DNA of 64,000 nucleotides. Source: Bacteroidaceae bacterium. GTDB taxonomy: Bacteria > Bacteroidota > Bacteroidia > Bacteroidales > Barnesiellaceae_A. Positions within the stretch are counted from its first letter, which is position 1. The number at the start of each line of letters is the position of its first letter. The stretch is from contig JAFZFQ010000046.1 of NCBI GenBank assembly GCA_017555825.1, positions 8,741-72,740 of the forward strand, written 5' to 3'. Made by a program: the position numbers and the translations under genes. Positions 38,837 through 49,259 of the stretch are shown in pieces. The notes beneath the pieces were generated by a model. The model saw only the letters and a program-made list of their open reading frames with translations. It was not told the DNA's origin and searched no databases.

Positions 38837-39553
38837 ATGAAAGTTAGTTTGCTTGCTCTCTTGTTGCAATTGCCGGTAGATACACTCAATACCGCCAATG
38901 CTGTAGGTGCCGATGTTGTTGCCGAGGTACCCGAGTTGAATATATGGTCGCTCATGCTCAAGGGTGGTTTCTTTATGATACCCTTGTTGTTGCTGTCGAT
39001 ACTCTCGATATACATCTTTGTAGAACGTCTCTTGGTGGTGCGTAAGGCCGGCCGTGAGGACAAAACCTTTATGGATCGCATCAAAGACTACATACACGAT
39101 GGTGAGATAGATGCAGCCTTGAAGTTGTGTCGCAAAACCGATACCCCTGCTGCACGACTCATTGCCAAGGGTATATCGCGCTTGGGTCGTCCTATGAACG
39201 ATGTGCTGGTCGCTATTGAGAATGCCGGAAATATAGAGATAGCCCAGCTCGAAAAGGGTTTCCCCTGGTTGGCTACAACTGCTGCCGGTGCACCAATGAT
39301 AGGATTTTTGGGTACTGTTACCGGTATGGTCAACGCATTCTACAATATGGCTTCGGCGGGCAACAATGCCGATATAACCACCCTTTCGAGTGGTATATAT
39401 GAGGCTCTTGTTACTACTATTGCCGGTCTTGTAGTGGGTGTTATCGCCCTCTTTGCCTATAACTACTTGGTGGCTCGCGTTGATGGCGTGATGAACCAGT
39501 TGGAGACAAAGACTATGGAGTTTATGGACTTGTTGAACGAGCCTGCCGCTTAG
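38837..39553 (+). CDS. exbB: MotA/TolQ/ExbB proton channel protein
   Basis: APMIGFLGTVTGMV, GIYEALVTT.AGL. Confidence 0.92.
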   Translation: MKVSLLALLLQLPVDTLNTANAVGADVVAEVPELNIWSLMLKGGFFMIPLLLLSILSIYIFVERLLVVRKAGREDKTFMDRIKDYIHDGEIDAALKLCRKTDTPAARLIAKGISRLGRPMNDVLVAIENAGNIEIAQLEKGFPWLATTAAGAPMIGFLGTVTGMVNAFYNMASAGNNADITTLSSGIYEALVTTIAGLVVGVIALFAYNYLVARVDGVMNQLETKTMEFMDLLNEPAA

Positions 39554-39560
39554 GCAATAC

Positions 39561-39977
39561 ATGCTTATGGCTATCAAGAGAAGACATCGCATCAATCCCA
39601 ACTTCAGCATGGCGTCGATGACCGACGTGATATTTCTGTTGCTCATATTCTTTATGGTGACATCGACCGTTGTATTTCCCAATGCAATAAAGGTAAACTT
39701 GCCACAAAGCAGCCAACAAGCTGCTGCCAAGCCCTTGTCGCGTGTAACCATCGATGCCAACCTCAACTACTATGTGGCATTTGGCAACGAGCGTGAGCAA
39801 CCTACCGACATAGACCAACTGCTCGACTTCTTGCTCAAGACTCGCGAGCGCGAGCCCGAGATGTTTGTGGCGATATATGCCGATGAGTCGGTTCCCTATG
39901 GCGAGGTGGTAAAGGTACTCGACCTTGCCAATAAGCACAATCTGAAAATGGTGTTGGCAACAGCCCCCGAAAAGTAA
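39561..39977 (+). CDS. exbD: ExbD/TolR protein
   Basis: MTDVIFLLLIFFMV, VNLPQS, ADESVPYGEVVKVL. Confidence 0.92.
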   Translation: MLMAIKRRHRINPNFSMASMTDVIFLLLIFFMVTSTVVFPNAIKVNLPQSSQQAAAKPLSRVTIDANLNYYVAFGNEREQPTDIDQLLDFLLKTREREPEMFVAIYADESVPYGEVVKVLDLANKHNLKMVLATAPEK

Positions 39978-39989
39978 TCATATAGCCGT

Positions 39990-40781
39990 ATGACCCCTAA
40001 TCAACGCAATAAACTCATTGCCGTCGTGACTACCATCGCGGTGCATGCTGTTGTGTTGTCAATTTTGGCATCGATAGTTCTCCATAGCGAGCCTGTAAAG
40101 GAGGAGCTTGGAGGTGTCTTTGTGCAGATGGGGTATATTGATGAGGCTCATGGTACTTTTGAGCCATATATGCCCGAGCCTGTAGAGCCCCAGGAGGAAT
40201 CGATACAGCCCGAGGTACTGCCCGAACAGGGTGTTGAAGAGTTGATAACTCAAGATGCAGAGCAGACTGTGGCTCTCGAAGAGAAAAAGAAGCGTGAGGA
40301 GCAGGAGCGTCGTCGACGCGAAGAGCAGCTCAAACGCGAAGCCGAGGAGCGACTCCTCGCCGAGCAACGCGAGAAAGAACAGCGCGTGAGCAATGCCATG
40401 CAGAATGCTTTTGGTACTACTGCCGAGGGTAGTAGTGGCACGGCCGACAAGGGCGAGGGCGTGCAAGGTTCGCCCACAGGCAATGCCCCTACAGGTGTGT
40501 CGCAAGGCATAGGTGGTTGGGGCGACTTCAGCTTGCACGGTCGCAAGTGTATTGACTTGCCCAAGCCTCGCTATAACAGCAATGTTGAAGGTACTGTTGT
40601 TGTAGAGATAACAGTAGATAAAAACGGTGTTGTGATAGCCGCCTCGGTAAAGGTTGGTAGTTCTCCCAACGAAGCGTTGCGTGCAGCTGCAGTAGAGGCT
40701 GCCAAGAAAGCCCGATTTGACAGCTCGGCAAAGAGTGTTACGCAGGTAGGTACCATTACCTATAAATTCCGACAAAGATAA
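39990..40781 (+). CDS. tonB: TonB family energy transducer
   Basis: N-terminal TM with His, Pro/Glu linker, C-terminal EGTVVVEITVDKNG...AAVEAAKKARF. Confidence 0.85.
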   Translation: MTPNQRNKLIAVVTTIAVHAVVLSILASIVLHSEPVKEELGGVFVQMGYIDEAHGTFEPYMPEPVEPQEESIQPEVLPEQGVEELITQDAEQTVALEEKKKREEQERRRREEQLKREAEERLLAEQREKEQRVSNAMQNAFGTTAEGSSGTADKGEGVQGSPTGNAPTGVSQGIGGWGDFSLHGRKCIDLPKPRYNSNVEGTVVVEITVDKNGVVIAASVKVGSSPNEALRAAAVEAAKKARFDSSAKSVTQVGTITYKFRQR

Positions 40782-40853
40782 TCCTCGTTTTTCTATTCAA
40801 TCTTTAATACTATCGCACATAGTCACAACTATGTTCCCTCGATGTACCTATAA

Positions 40854-40898
40854 ATACCGAAGCGGAGCATCTTTGTAGCAGACGCACCGCTTCGGTAT
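40854..40898. terminator. Probable terminator between convergent tonB and pyrC
   Basis: ataccgaagcgg...ccgcttcggtat stem. Confidence 0.6.
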
Positions 40899-40919
40899 GA
40901 TTGTAATTATGGTATTTTG

Positions 40920-42263
40920 TTATCGCTCAAAGAGGAGTAGCTGACCACGGCAGTTGTCGTTGATAGTGCCGTTTTCGTATGCTACAACACCGTTTACGAG
41001 GGTGTGTGTGATGCTGTGGGGATAGGTATGACCTTCGAGGGGCGACCATCCGCAGCGCGACAAGATCTTGTCGGGGGTAACGGTGTAGGGGCGACGAGGG
41101 TCGATGATGGCAATATCGGCATAGTAACCTTCGCGTAGGTATCCGCGACGTGCTACACCAAAGAGTGCTGCCGGTGCATGACACATCTTCTCTACTACTT
41201 GTGTGCGGGTGAAGTGTCCGCGTGTAGATAGTTCGAGCATGGTTTGCAATGAGTATTGCACCAAGGGGCCACCCGATGCAGCCTTTAAGCACGAACCCTC
41301 TTTCTCGCTGAGCAAGTGGGGCGCGTGGTCGGTAGCTACGATATCGAGTCTATTGCAGGCAGTAGCTTCGAGTAGGGCACGACGGTCGGCGCAAGTCTTG
41401 ATGGCAGGATTCCACTTAATGCGGTTGCCATAGGTGGCATAGTCGTTGTCGTCAAACCACAAATGGTGTACGCACACCTCGCCGGTAATGCGTTTTTCGG
41501 CCAATGGGCGGTCTTCGAGCAAGGTGAGCTCTTGGGCTGTAGAGAGGTGCAACAAGTGTAAGCGGGCGTTGTGGCGCGATGCAAGCTCAACGGCTTTGGC
41601 CGACGAGCGGTAGCATGCCTCGGTGTTGCGTATCATGGGGTGGAAATAGATGGGCAAATCTTCGCCAAACTTGGCCACATATCGGGCGCGATTGGCTTGG
41701 ATAACCTCCTCTTCCTCGCAGTGTGTAGCTACCAATACGGGAGCCTCGGCAAATATCTTTTCGAGGGTCTTGCTACTGTCTACAAGCATGTTGCCTGTAG
41801 ACGAGCCCATAAACAGCTTGATACCGCACACGTGGGTATAGTCGAGCGTTGTTATCAACTCGGCATTATCGTTTGTGGCTCCTATGTAGAACGAGTAGTT
41901 GGCTATAGAGGTCTCTTGTGCCTGCTGTTGTTTCCATGCAAGAGCTTCGGCTGTAATTGTAGCAGGCTTGGTATTGGGCATGTCCATGTACGATGTCACA
42001 CCACCGGCTACGGCGGCACGACTTTCGGTAGCGATATCGGCTTTGTGTGTCAATCCCGGCTCGCGGAAGTGTACTTGGTCGTCGATAACACCGGGTATCA
42101 CCCAACAACCCTCGGCGTCGATAGTGCGGTCGGCCATAGCAAGGATGCAGGCATCGAGGTCTCCTTCGACGATGTGTGTTATGGTATTGTTGTCGATGAT
42201 AATGTTACCGACATACTCTCGACCCTCGTTGATTATGAGGCCGTTAAGGATAATGGTACGCAT
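40920..42263 (-). CDS. pyrC: Dihydroorotase
   Basis: PGVIDDQVHFREPG, GGVTSYMDMPN, KWNPAIK, ATDHAPH. Confidence 0.92.
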   Translation of the reverse strand: MRTIILNGLIINEGREYVGNIIIDNNTITHIVEGDLDACILAMADRTIDAEGCWVIPGVIDDQVHFREPGLTHKADIATESRAAVAGGVTSYMDMPNTKPATITAEALAWKQQQAQETSIANYSFYIGATNDNAELITTLDYTHVCGIKLFMGSSTGNMLVDSSKTLEKIFAEAPVLVATHCEEEEVIQANRARYVAKFGEDLPIYFHPMIRNTEACYRSSAKAVELASRHNARLHLLHLSTAQELTLLEDRPLAEKRITGEVCVHHLWFDDNDYATYGNRIKWNPAIKTCADRRALLEATACNRLDIVATDHAPHLLSEKEGSCLKAASGGPLVQYSLQTMLELSTRGHFTRTQVVEKMCHAPAALFGVARRGYLREGYYADIAIIDPRRPYTVTPDKILSRCGWSPLEGHTYPHSITHTLVNGVVAYENGTINDNCRGQLLLFER

Positions 42264-42265
42264 GA

Positions 42266-43027
42266 TTATGATTGTTTTTTCTGCGGATATTTGCGGAAGA
42301 AACTATTGAGCTTGAGTTTGATAACACCTATTACGGCTTCGCTGAAGATACCTCCGCTCATCTTGCTCTCGCCGAGTACTCGGTTGATGAAGATAATAGG
42401 TACTTCTTGTACATTGAAACCGCATTTTACGGCTGTAAACTTCATTTCTATCTGGAAAGCATAGCCCTTGAACTCTATTTTGTCGAGCTCCATTGTCTCC
42501 AACACCTCACGACGGTAGCATACAAATCCTGCTGTGGTGTCGTGTATCTTCATGCCGGTCACGATGCGCACATATTTCGATGCGTAGTACGACATGATAA
42601 CACGTCCCATGGGCCAGTTCACAACGTTTACACCCGATACATAGCGCGAGCCTATTGCCATATCGGCTCCATTGTCGCGACATGCAGCCTTGAGGCGTAG
42701 CAAGTCTTCGGGGTTGTGAGAGAAGTCGGCGTCCATCTCAAAGATATAGTCGTAGCGGTGCTCTATGGCCCACTTAAAGCCGGCTATATATGCTGTGCCG
42801 AGTCCCAACTTACCTTTGCGTTCGAGGATGTGCAAACGCTCGGGAAACTCGTTTTGCAATCCCTTGACGATGGCTGCTGTTCCGTCGGGCGAGTTGTCGT
42901 CAATAACCAATATATCAAACGATTCGGGCAGGTTGAAGACTGCTCTGATGATATTCTCAATATTCTCTTTCTCGTTATAGGTGGGAATGAGAACAAGACT
43001 GTCGTGTATAGTAACGCTTGCAGACAT
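42266..43027 (-). CDS. Polyprenol monophosphomannose synthase-like GT2
   Basis: IIPTYNEKENI-type motif (LIPTYNEKENI), DDNSPDGT, GLGTAY, EMDADFSH, GSRYV. Start moved to MSASV (43027) because a TATCTTTG element lies at 43051-43058. Confidence 0.88.
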   Translation of the reverse strand: MSASVTIHDSLVLIPTYNEKENIENIIRAVFNLPESFDILVIDDNSPDGTAAIVKGLQNEFPERLHILERKGKLGLGTAYIAGFKWAIEHRYDYIFEMDADFSHNPEDLLRLKAACRDNGADMAIGSRYVSGVNVVNWPMGRVIMSYYASKYVRIVTGMKIHDTTAGFVCYRREVLETMELDKIEFKGYAFQIEMKFTAVKCGFNVQEVPIIFINRVLGESKMSGGIFSEAVIGVIKLKLNSFFRKYPQKKQS

Positions 43028-43137
43028 ATTTCTATGGTATTTAGTATTCACAAAGATACAAATAGCTTCTATTGATACAAAAAAATATCTCTATTTATTT
43101 TGACTACTTTCTTTGTTTGTGCTCTTCATAATATACC

Positions 43138-43169
43138 GAGAGGCCGTGTCGTTGCCGACACAGCCTCTC
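43138..43169 (-). terminator. Hairpin downstream of beta-barrel gene
   Basis: gagaggc.gtgtcg...cgacac.gcctctc. Confidence 0.55.
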
Positions 43170-43187
43170 TATGGTTTGTAGTAGTTG

Positions 43188-44108
43188 TCAGAATAGACGG
43201 AACGAAACTCTAAGATTGAGTACGGGATAGACTTGCAGGCCTTTTGCAAAGCTTACGTAGCTGCCTATCTTGCCGTCGATGTTCTCTACATCGCGCGCCA
43301 GGTCGGTACCGTCGTGTGTAACAATCTTGGGTGCACCACCCCAGAACATCACACCGGCATCAAAATCGAGTCTTACGCTATCGTTGCTCTTAGATACCTT
43401 GCCTCCATAGCCCACGCCCAAGTAGGGCTTGAATGTGTTGACCCACAGGTCTAACTTTACGGTGCCATCTGTGCCGGGCTCCAACATATAAGCCTCACCG
43501 GTATCAACCCTATCGCCCACATGTATACCCAGGCGGCCACTCTCCAAGAACTTATCTTCGAGCTCGGGTGTGAGGTAGACATCGTCAAATATAGGCTCGC
43601 CGGCCTCTATCTTGTCGTAGATGTTGTTGTACATAGTCACGCCAAGCAACGCTGCCATGTCTTCAATGGCATTGCACGCGCTGGCTATCTTGGATGTACC
43701 GCAGTAGAAACCCGCTGTGACGTGGAAGCCCACATTTTTTATGGGGAAATAGTCGACAAACAGATTGCCATTGTAGAACGAGGGGGAGCCCACCATGTCG
43801 ATGTTGCTATCGATATCAAGGCCGGTAAAATCGGAAAACTTATCGGCCATTGAGTCAAATTTATTGCCACCTTCGCCTTCGAGGCCAAATCTCATTCTTA
43901 CATCAAACTCGGGTATGAAAGAGAAGCCGGCTCTTACACGAAACTGCTCATTGATGGGCGCTGCCAGGTCAAATCCTATACCTGTTGTACCTACTGTAAT
44001 ACCGAGGTCGAGGTGCTCAAATGCCGCAACCTTCTGTTCTTGTGCATAGGTGCCTGTAAGGCCCAAGCATAGCACTGCTATAAGAAGAATAATTTTTTTC
44101 ATGTGCAT
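43188..44108 (-). CDS. Outer-membrane beta-barrel protein (uncharacterised)
   Basis: Signal peptide; VGTTGIG, KPYLGVGYG, C-terminal YPVLNLRVSFRLF. Confidence 0.78.
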   Translation of the reverse strand: MHMKKIILLIAVLCLGLTGTYAQEQKVAAFEHLDLGITVGTTGIGFDLAAPINEQFRVRAGFSFIPEFDVRMRFGLEGEGGNKFDSMADKFSDFTGLDIDSNIDMVGSPSFYNGNLFVDYFPIKNVGFHVTAGFYCGTSKIASACNAIEDMAALLGVTMYNNIYDKIEAGEPIFDDVYLTPELEDKFLESGRLGIHVGDRVDTGEAYMLEPGTDGTVKLDLWVNTFKPYLGVGYGGKVSKSNDSVRLDFDAGVMFWGGAPKIVTHDGTDLARDVENIDGKIGSYVSFAKGLQVYPVLNLRVSFRLF

Positions 44109-44258
44109 ATATGTATTTCTATAACATTTAGCCGTTTTTGCTTAAAGAGTGCAAATAAATAGTAAAGAGGCTCTAATACCAAGAGGTTTACCTCTTTTTT
44201 TGATTTTTTTAACATGATGGCTACTCTCCTGTGTGCGGGCGTCGAGCCTACTGCAAGA

Positions 44259-44300
44259 AGAGCGCCCTCATGGTGTTGTTATCAACCATTGGGGCGCTCT
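44259..44300 (-). terminator. Hairpin downstream of Big_2 gene
   Basis: agagcgccc...gggcgctct stem. Confidence 0.55.
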
Positions 44301-44320
44301 ATGTTCTGCGTGTCGAAAAA

Positions 44321-47300
44321 TTATTTTACCATAATTTTCTTGCTTGTACCATCTTCAAATATCACAAGGTTTATACCCTTTTGCAATGCTTTCATGGGCA
44401 CACCTTGTAGATTATATATTTTATATGTAAGCTCGCCTTGGCTCAATATGCTTTCAATACCCAAGTCTTTGTTTACCTCGACCTCGCAGGTTGCAATGTG
44501 GCCACCATCGACCGATTGTGCTGTTACTTCGGCATTGCCTTGGCTCAAGGCAACTACGCTACCATCTTCGTTGCGCTTGATGATAGTTTCGTCGCTTACA
44601 CTCCATTCTACAAGTCCGTCGGTTATCTCAAAGGGTAATGTGTATGCCACGGGTGTAAAGCTGTCGCCTACATAGAGCTTGATGTATGTAACCGATAGTT
44701 CAATGCCGGTACAGCGTGCATATACCATTATCTCGCAAGAGGCCGATATGTCGCTGTGTGTGGCACTTGTTGCGGTTATTGTGGTCACACCGTAGTCTAC
44801 GGCTGTTACATAGCCATAGGCGTCTACTGTGGCTACGTTGCTGTCGGCGGTAGACCATATAAGCTCCTTTTCAATAGCATCTTCGGGGTATACTGTGGCT
44901 GTCAGTGCAACGGTGTCGCCGGCATACATGGTAAGTGACTGCTCGTCGAGCGATATAGATTCTATCTCGATGTAGGGCATTACTGTTACTGTACACTTGG
45001 CAGTGTGACCGCCATCGACCGATGTTACAATGACATCAGCTACACCTGGTTTCAAGGTGACGATTGTGCCATCCTCTTCGCGTCGGATGATAGTTTCGTC
45101 GCTGATGCTCCACTCCATCTCGCCGTCGCTTGTCATAAGGGGGAGAGTGTTGGCCAAGAGGACAAATCTACTGCCTTCGAGCAACTCAACCTCTGTAGCT
45201 GACAATTTGATGCCTTGTGTGTGCTCGTATACTACTACCGAACAAGTGTCGGCTACGGCATTGTTGCTGCTGACAAAGGCTATTACATTGGCTTTTCCGG
45301 CTCCTACAGCCTTAACTTCGCCATTTGCTACGCTTGTTACCTTCTCGTCGCTACTCAACCACACCACGGTCTTGTCAGTGGCATCTTCGGGCAGAACTGT
45401 TGCGATAAGTGTATGACTATCTTCTACATACATTCTCAACGACTCGTCGCTGAGGGTGAGTGTCTTGGCTACGGGGATGGTTTTGACTGTTACTGTACAC
45501 TTGGCAGTGTGACCGCCATCGACCGATTGTGCTATTACCTCGGCAACACCTTCGCTCAATGCCACGATACTGCCATCTTCGTTGCGCTTAACGATGTTCT
45601 CGTCACTCACACTCCACTCTACCATGCCATCGGTTTTGCCAAGAGGAAGGGTATTGGCCGAGAGGTAGAAGTTGTCTCCTACCATTACTTCGGCAAACGT
45701 ACCTGATAGCTCGATGCCGGTACAGTGCTCATACACCGTTATCTCACAGGTAGCGCCTATCGCTGTGTTTGACTCGCATATAGCCGATATAGTAGCTTTG
45801 CCATATCCTACAGCCACAACGGCACCATTGTCATCTACAGTAGCAACGTTGTTGTCGCTGCTCGACCAAGTGAGGTTGGGATATGAGGTGTCGTGGGGGT
45901 GTACAGTGGCTACCAGAGTGCGATTGTCGCCGGCATACATGGTGAGCGATTGCTCGCTCATCGTTACCGATTCTACGGCAACCAAGGTCTCTACAGTAAC
46001 CGTACACTTGGCAGTGTGACCGCCATCGGTTGTCTTGGCAGTAATCTCGGTAGTGCCTGCCGCCAAAGCAACGATAGTGCCGTCATCTTCGCGTCTGACA
46101 ACATTTTCATTGCTCACACTCCACTCAATTCTTCCGTCGCAGGTGGCGAGGGGGAGGGCATTGGCTGTGAGCACAAAGCTCTCGGTAGTATATAGGTGCG
46201 CGCTTGTTGCCGAGAGTTCTATACCGGTGCAATGGTCGTATACATTAATCTCGCAACTTGCCTTAGCAGCGCTGTTTACTGCCGAAAATACGGTGATAGT
46301 AGCCTTTCCGTAGCCGGTAGCTGTTACTACACCATTGGCGTCGACACTTGCAACGTTGCTATTGGTGCTCGACCATTTCAATGTCTTGTCGAAGGTATCA
46401 GCGGGCTCAATTGTTGCAATGAGTGTGTGGCTATCGCCGGTATACATTGTCAACGAGTTGATGTTCAATGTTACTTTCTCGGCTACAGGTATTTTCTTCA
46501 CTGTTACTGTGCACTTGGCAGTATGGCCTCCGTCGGTTGCCTTGGCAATAACCTCGGCTACACCTTCGGCCAAGGCGCGAACTGTACCGTCGTTGTTGCG
46601 CTTGATGATTTTTTCGTCGCTCACACTCCACTCTATCTTTCCGTCGCTTGTCGATTGAGGCAATGTATAGCCGGTGAGTGTAAATGTCTCGCCAACGTAT
46701 AGCTCGGCGCTTGTGGCCGACAGCTTCACGCCTGTGCAGTGATCCAGCACGTTCACCTCACAAGTAGCCTTGGCCGCGCTATTGGCTACAGAAGTAACGG
46801 TGATAGTAGCCTTGCCATATCCGGTAGCTTTTACCACACCATTGGCGTCGACAGTAGCCACCTTGGTATTTGAACTACTCCATTTCAGCGATTGGTCGCT
46901 GGCGTTGTCGGGATTGATGGTTGCAGTGAGTGTGTGGCTGTCACCGGTATACATCGAGAGTGTACTCTTCGATAGCGATACCGATTTTACTGCTATATTG
47001 GGCTTAAATTCGCTCTCCGATACCAACTTTATCTCGGCGGGCGAGTTGGCAGGAACAACGAGGTAAGCTGTATTGGCAGGGATGAAGTTGATGTTGGCTG
47101 TGATAAAGCCCAAGCTGCCGTCGGACATTGTGCCAAGTATGCGCATGGTCTTGGCGTCGTAGGCAAGTTGGTTATTGTGCTTCTTGGTACCGTTGTTGAA
47201 GTATACACCCTTCATCAAGTTGCCCGACAGTGAGGCAGCACCATTGTCGCCTATAGTTATCTTATTGTCGACATAATTTGATGATTTACATTTCACATAC

Positions 47301-47950
47301 ACGGGTGTAGAGGCAGGTACCTTGCCATCTTTCACCTCTTTCCATACGGCCTGTCCGTCGGCAACAGTGCTCACATAGTAGGCTGTCATGTCGGCTGGCA
47401 GTGTAAATGGAAATGCAGCGTAGATAGTTGTATAGTGTTGGCCACCCGCTGTTACAGTGGGTTTAAAGGCGAAATATTGTCCGTCGTTTTGGTCGACCGG
47501 TTTGATATACCAGTCGCGTGTCTTGTTGCTATTGGTGAGTACCACACCCTCGTCGAATGTAGTATTCTCGTCGCATAGGTATTTGGTCAATCCGCTATGC
47601 GAGGCGTATGCTTTGTATGTGCCGTTTTTATTGTCATACAACTTTACATAGTAACCTATAATGCTGTATGAGCTGGTACCTTGAGCCTTGAAGTTATAGC
47701 CGTCGCCTGCAGGGGTAATGTAGATGATAGATGCGGGGTCCGATACTACGTTTTCAAAGTATTTCTTGGTTTCGAGTGCACCCAGGTCGGCCTCTGTGGT
47801 CGATAGATTTACGCTACCTCTGTTATCTATAACTCTGATGTATCGTTCTGTAACCTTGTTTTGCACTCGGTAATAACCGCTGCCGGTATAATCGGCCAGG
47901 GCCAGGTTGGCAACAGCTATGGCAAAAATAAATAGTAGAAACTTCTTCAT
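44321..47950 (-). CDS. Exported adhesin-like protein with 10 Big_2 (Ig-like) domains and short T9SS-like CTD
   Basis: Signal peptide; five A/B pairs of Big_2 repeats (WSSS..KVATVD..G.V.A.G.G.ATIT / EWSVSDE.II.R..DG...DGGHTAKCTVTV); C-terminal YKIYNLQG...KGINLV...KKIMVK. Confidence 0.88.
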   Translation of the reverse strand: MKKFLLFIFAIAVANLALADYTGSGYYRVQNKVTERYIRVIDNRGSVNLSTTEADLGALETKKYFENVVSDPASIIYITPAGDGYNFKAQGTSSYSIIGYYVKLYDNKNGTYKAYASHSGLTKYLCDENTTFDEGVVLTNSNKTRDWYIKPVDQNDGQYFAFKPTVTAGGQHYTTIYAAFPFTLPADMTAYYVSTVADGQAVWKEVKDGKVPASTPVYVKCKSSNYVDNKITIGDNGAASLSGNLMKGVYFNNGTKKHNNQLAYDAKTMRILGTMSDGSLGFITANINFIPANTAYLVVPANSPAEIKLVSESEFKPNIAVKSVSLSKSTLSMYTGDSHTLTATINPDNASDQSLKWSSSNTKVATVDANGVVKATGYGKATITVTSVANSAAKATCEVNVLDHCTGVKLSATSAELYVGETFTLTGYTLPQSTSDGKIEWSVSDEKIIKRNNDGTVRALAEGVAEVIAKATDGGHTAKCTVTVKKIPVAEKVTLNINSLTMYTGDSHTLIATIEPADTFDKTLKWSSTNSNVASVDANGVVTATGYGKATITVFSAVNSAAKASCEINVYDHCTGIELSATSAHLYTTESFVLTANALPLATCDGRIEWSVSNENVVRREDDGTIVALAAGTTEITAKTTDGGHTAKCTVTVETLVAVESVTMSEQSLTMYAGDNRTLVATVHPHDTSYPNLTWSSSDNNVATVDDNGAVVAVGYGKATISAICESNTAIGATCEITVYEHCTGIELSGTFAEVMVGDNFYLSANTLPLGKTDGMVEWSVSDENIVKRNEDGSIVALSEGVAEVIAQSVDGGHTAKCTVTVKTIPVAKTLTLSDESLRMYVEDSHTLIATVLPEDATDKTVVWLSSDEKVTSVANGEVKAVGAGKANVIAFVSSNNAVADTCSVVVYEHTQGIKLSATEVELLEGSRFVLLANTLPLMTSDGEMEWSISDETIIRREEDGTIVTLKPGVADVIVTSVDGGHTAKCTVTVMPYIEIESISLDEQSLTMYAGDTVALTATVYPEDAIEKELIWSTADSNVATVDAYGYVTAVDYGVTTITATSATHSDISASCEIMVYARCTGIELSVTYIKLYVGDSFTPVAYTLPFEITDGLVEWSVSDETIIKRNEDGSVVALSQGNAEVTAQSVDGGHIATCEVEVNKDLGIESILSQGELTYKIYNLQGVPMKALQKGINLVIFEDGTSKKIMVK
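44440..47000 (-). repeat. Intragenic tandem array, 504-507 bp period, 5 units
   Basis: Identical 42-mer actgttactgtacacttggcagtgtgaccgccatcgaccgat at 44982-45023 and 45486-45527; homologous positions near 44490, 46008 and 46515. Confidence 0.85.
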
Positions 47951-47965
47951 TCTTTATACATAGAA

Positions 47966-48014
47966 AAAACTCTGCCCTGTCATATAGAAAACTATACTAC
48001 CAAGGCAGAGTTTG
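47966..48014 (-). terminator. Probable terminator after ompA
   Basis: aaaactctgcc...ggcagagtttt stem with T-run on the minus strand. Confidence 0.6.
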
Positions 48015-48028
48015 TTATGTGAGATTTT

Positions 48029-49180
48029 TTATTTCTCTACTTCAACCACCTTTTTAGATTTTGCAACGGCGATTGTTACGCGGTTGGCAGTACCTTCGAG
48101 GGGTTGTACAGTATCGCCCTTGTGGTCGATACTGATGCGTGATGCAGCAATATTGTATTTGTTGATCAAAGTGTCGGCAACGGCTTGTGCACGTTTCTCG
48201 GCCATCTTGGCGTTGATAGTGGGGTTACCTGTACCCCTGTCGGCATAGCCACAGATACATACAGTTGCTTCGGGGTATTCTTTGAGGAAGTCGGCAACCT
48301 CTTGTACCTTTATCATCTCAGACTCAGGGATAACGGTATTACCGGCGTTTTTGAAGTAGATGGCACGGTTGATTTCGTGGAAAGTAGTCTCTACGTAGAT
48401 TCTCTTCTCTACAACTTTCTCCACAATCTTTTCTACGGGTTGTACTTCATAGCGCACCTCGGGCTCAACAGCAGTTTTCACCTTCTTGTTTCTCTCGCCA
48501 AATACGTATGTTACACCCACAAGACCATTGAAGTACCAGTCTGTGTTGTCGGCTTTCTTAGAGTTGTACTCGTCGCCAATTATGTTGGCTTGGAGTTCAA
48601 GGCCTATGCTCCAGTTTTGGTTGATGTGGAAGTCGGCCATAAGACCTGCGCGACCAAGGGCAAAAGCCTTAGTACCGGTCCACAAGTTGCGCAAGTTTTC
48701 GCTGTGGCTGTAGTATGAGTTCAACTCGGCTTTTACGGCTGCAGCTTGGTCGTTGCCCCAAGCGATATTGGCACCCACACCGGCAAATGCGCTGAGTGTG
48801 AATACGCGATCGGGGTTGTAACCGAAGATGGCGTTAGAGAGGTTCAATGTAACATCTACTACAGGTGCAACAAAGTTCCATTTCCAAACCTTGTTCATGT
48901 CATTTATTTCCCAGCCGGCCTTGCTCTCAAAAGCGTTGACCGACAAGCGAGCGCCAATGTATTTGTTGAAGTTATAACCACCGGCTACTTGGAGGTTGTA
49001 TGATGCCAAATGACCGAATGAAGTCTCACCCAAAGTATATTGTGCGCCTAATGGCTGTACTTGTATATACCAATGAGGAACGAAGACGTTTTCTACCTTC
49101 TCGCTCGCTTCTTGAGCAGTGGCAGCAGAACACAATCCCATCATCAGCACACCAGCCAATAAAGTTTTATTAATTTTCAT
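48029..49180 (-). CDS. OmpA family outer-membrane protein
   Basis: Signal peptide, N-terminal barrel (PHWYIQVQ...), C-terminal OmpA domain (GYADRGTGNPTINAKMAEKRAQAV...NRVTI). Confidence 0.92.
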   Translation of the reverse strand: MKINKTLLAGVLMMGLCSAATAQEASEKVENVFVPHWYIQVQPLGAQYTLGETSFGHLASYNLQVAGGYNFNKYIGARLSVNAFESKAGWEINDMNKVWKWNFVAPVVDVTLNLSNAIFGYNPDRVFTLSAFAGVGANIAWGNDQAAAVKAELNSYYSHSENLRNLWTGTKAFALGRAGLMADFHINQNWSIGLELQANIIGDEYNSKKADNTDWYFNGLVGVTYVFGERNKKVKTAVEPEVRYEVQPVEKIVEKVVEKRIYVETTFHEINRAIYFKNAGNTVIPESEMIKVQEVADFLKEYPEATVCICGYADRGTGNPTINAKMAEKRAQAVADTLINKYNIAASRISIDHKGDTVQPLEGTANRVTIAVAKSKKVVEVEK

Positions 49181-49213
49181 AATTCTGTATATTAAAATTA
49201 TTCTTTATTTTCA

Positions 49214-49240
49214 ATCAAGTGGGAACGAGTCCCACTTGAT
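49214..49240 (-). terminator. Hairpin between lipoprotein and ompA
   Basis: atcaagtggga...tcccacttgat. Confidence 0.55.
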
Positions 49241-49259
49241 CTATTTCCTCTTTAGTGCC

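Noticed and set aside
44440-47000. Periodic repeats as a possible CRISPR array
   Set aside because: The period is about 505 bp, in frame within a coding gene, with no short spacers and no cas genes.
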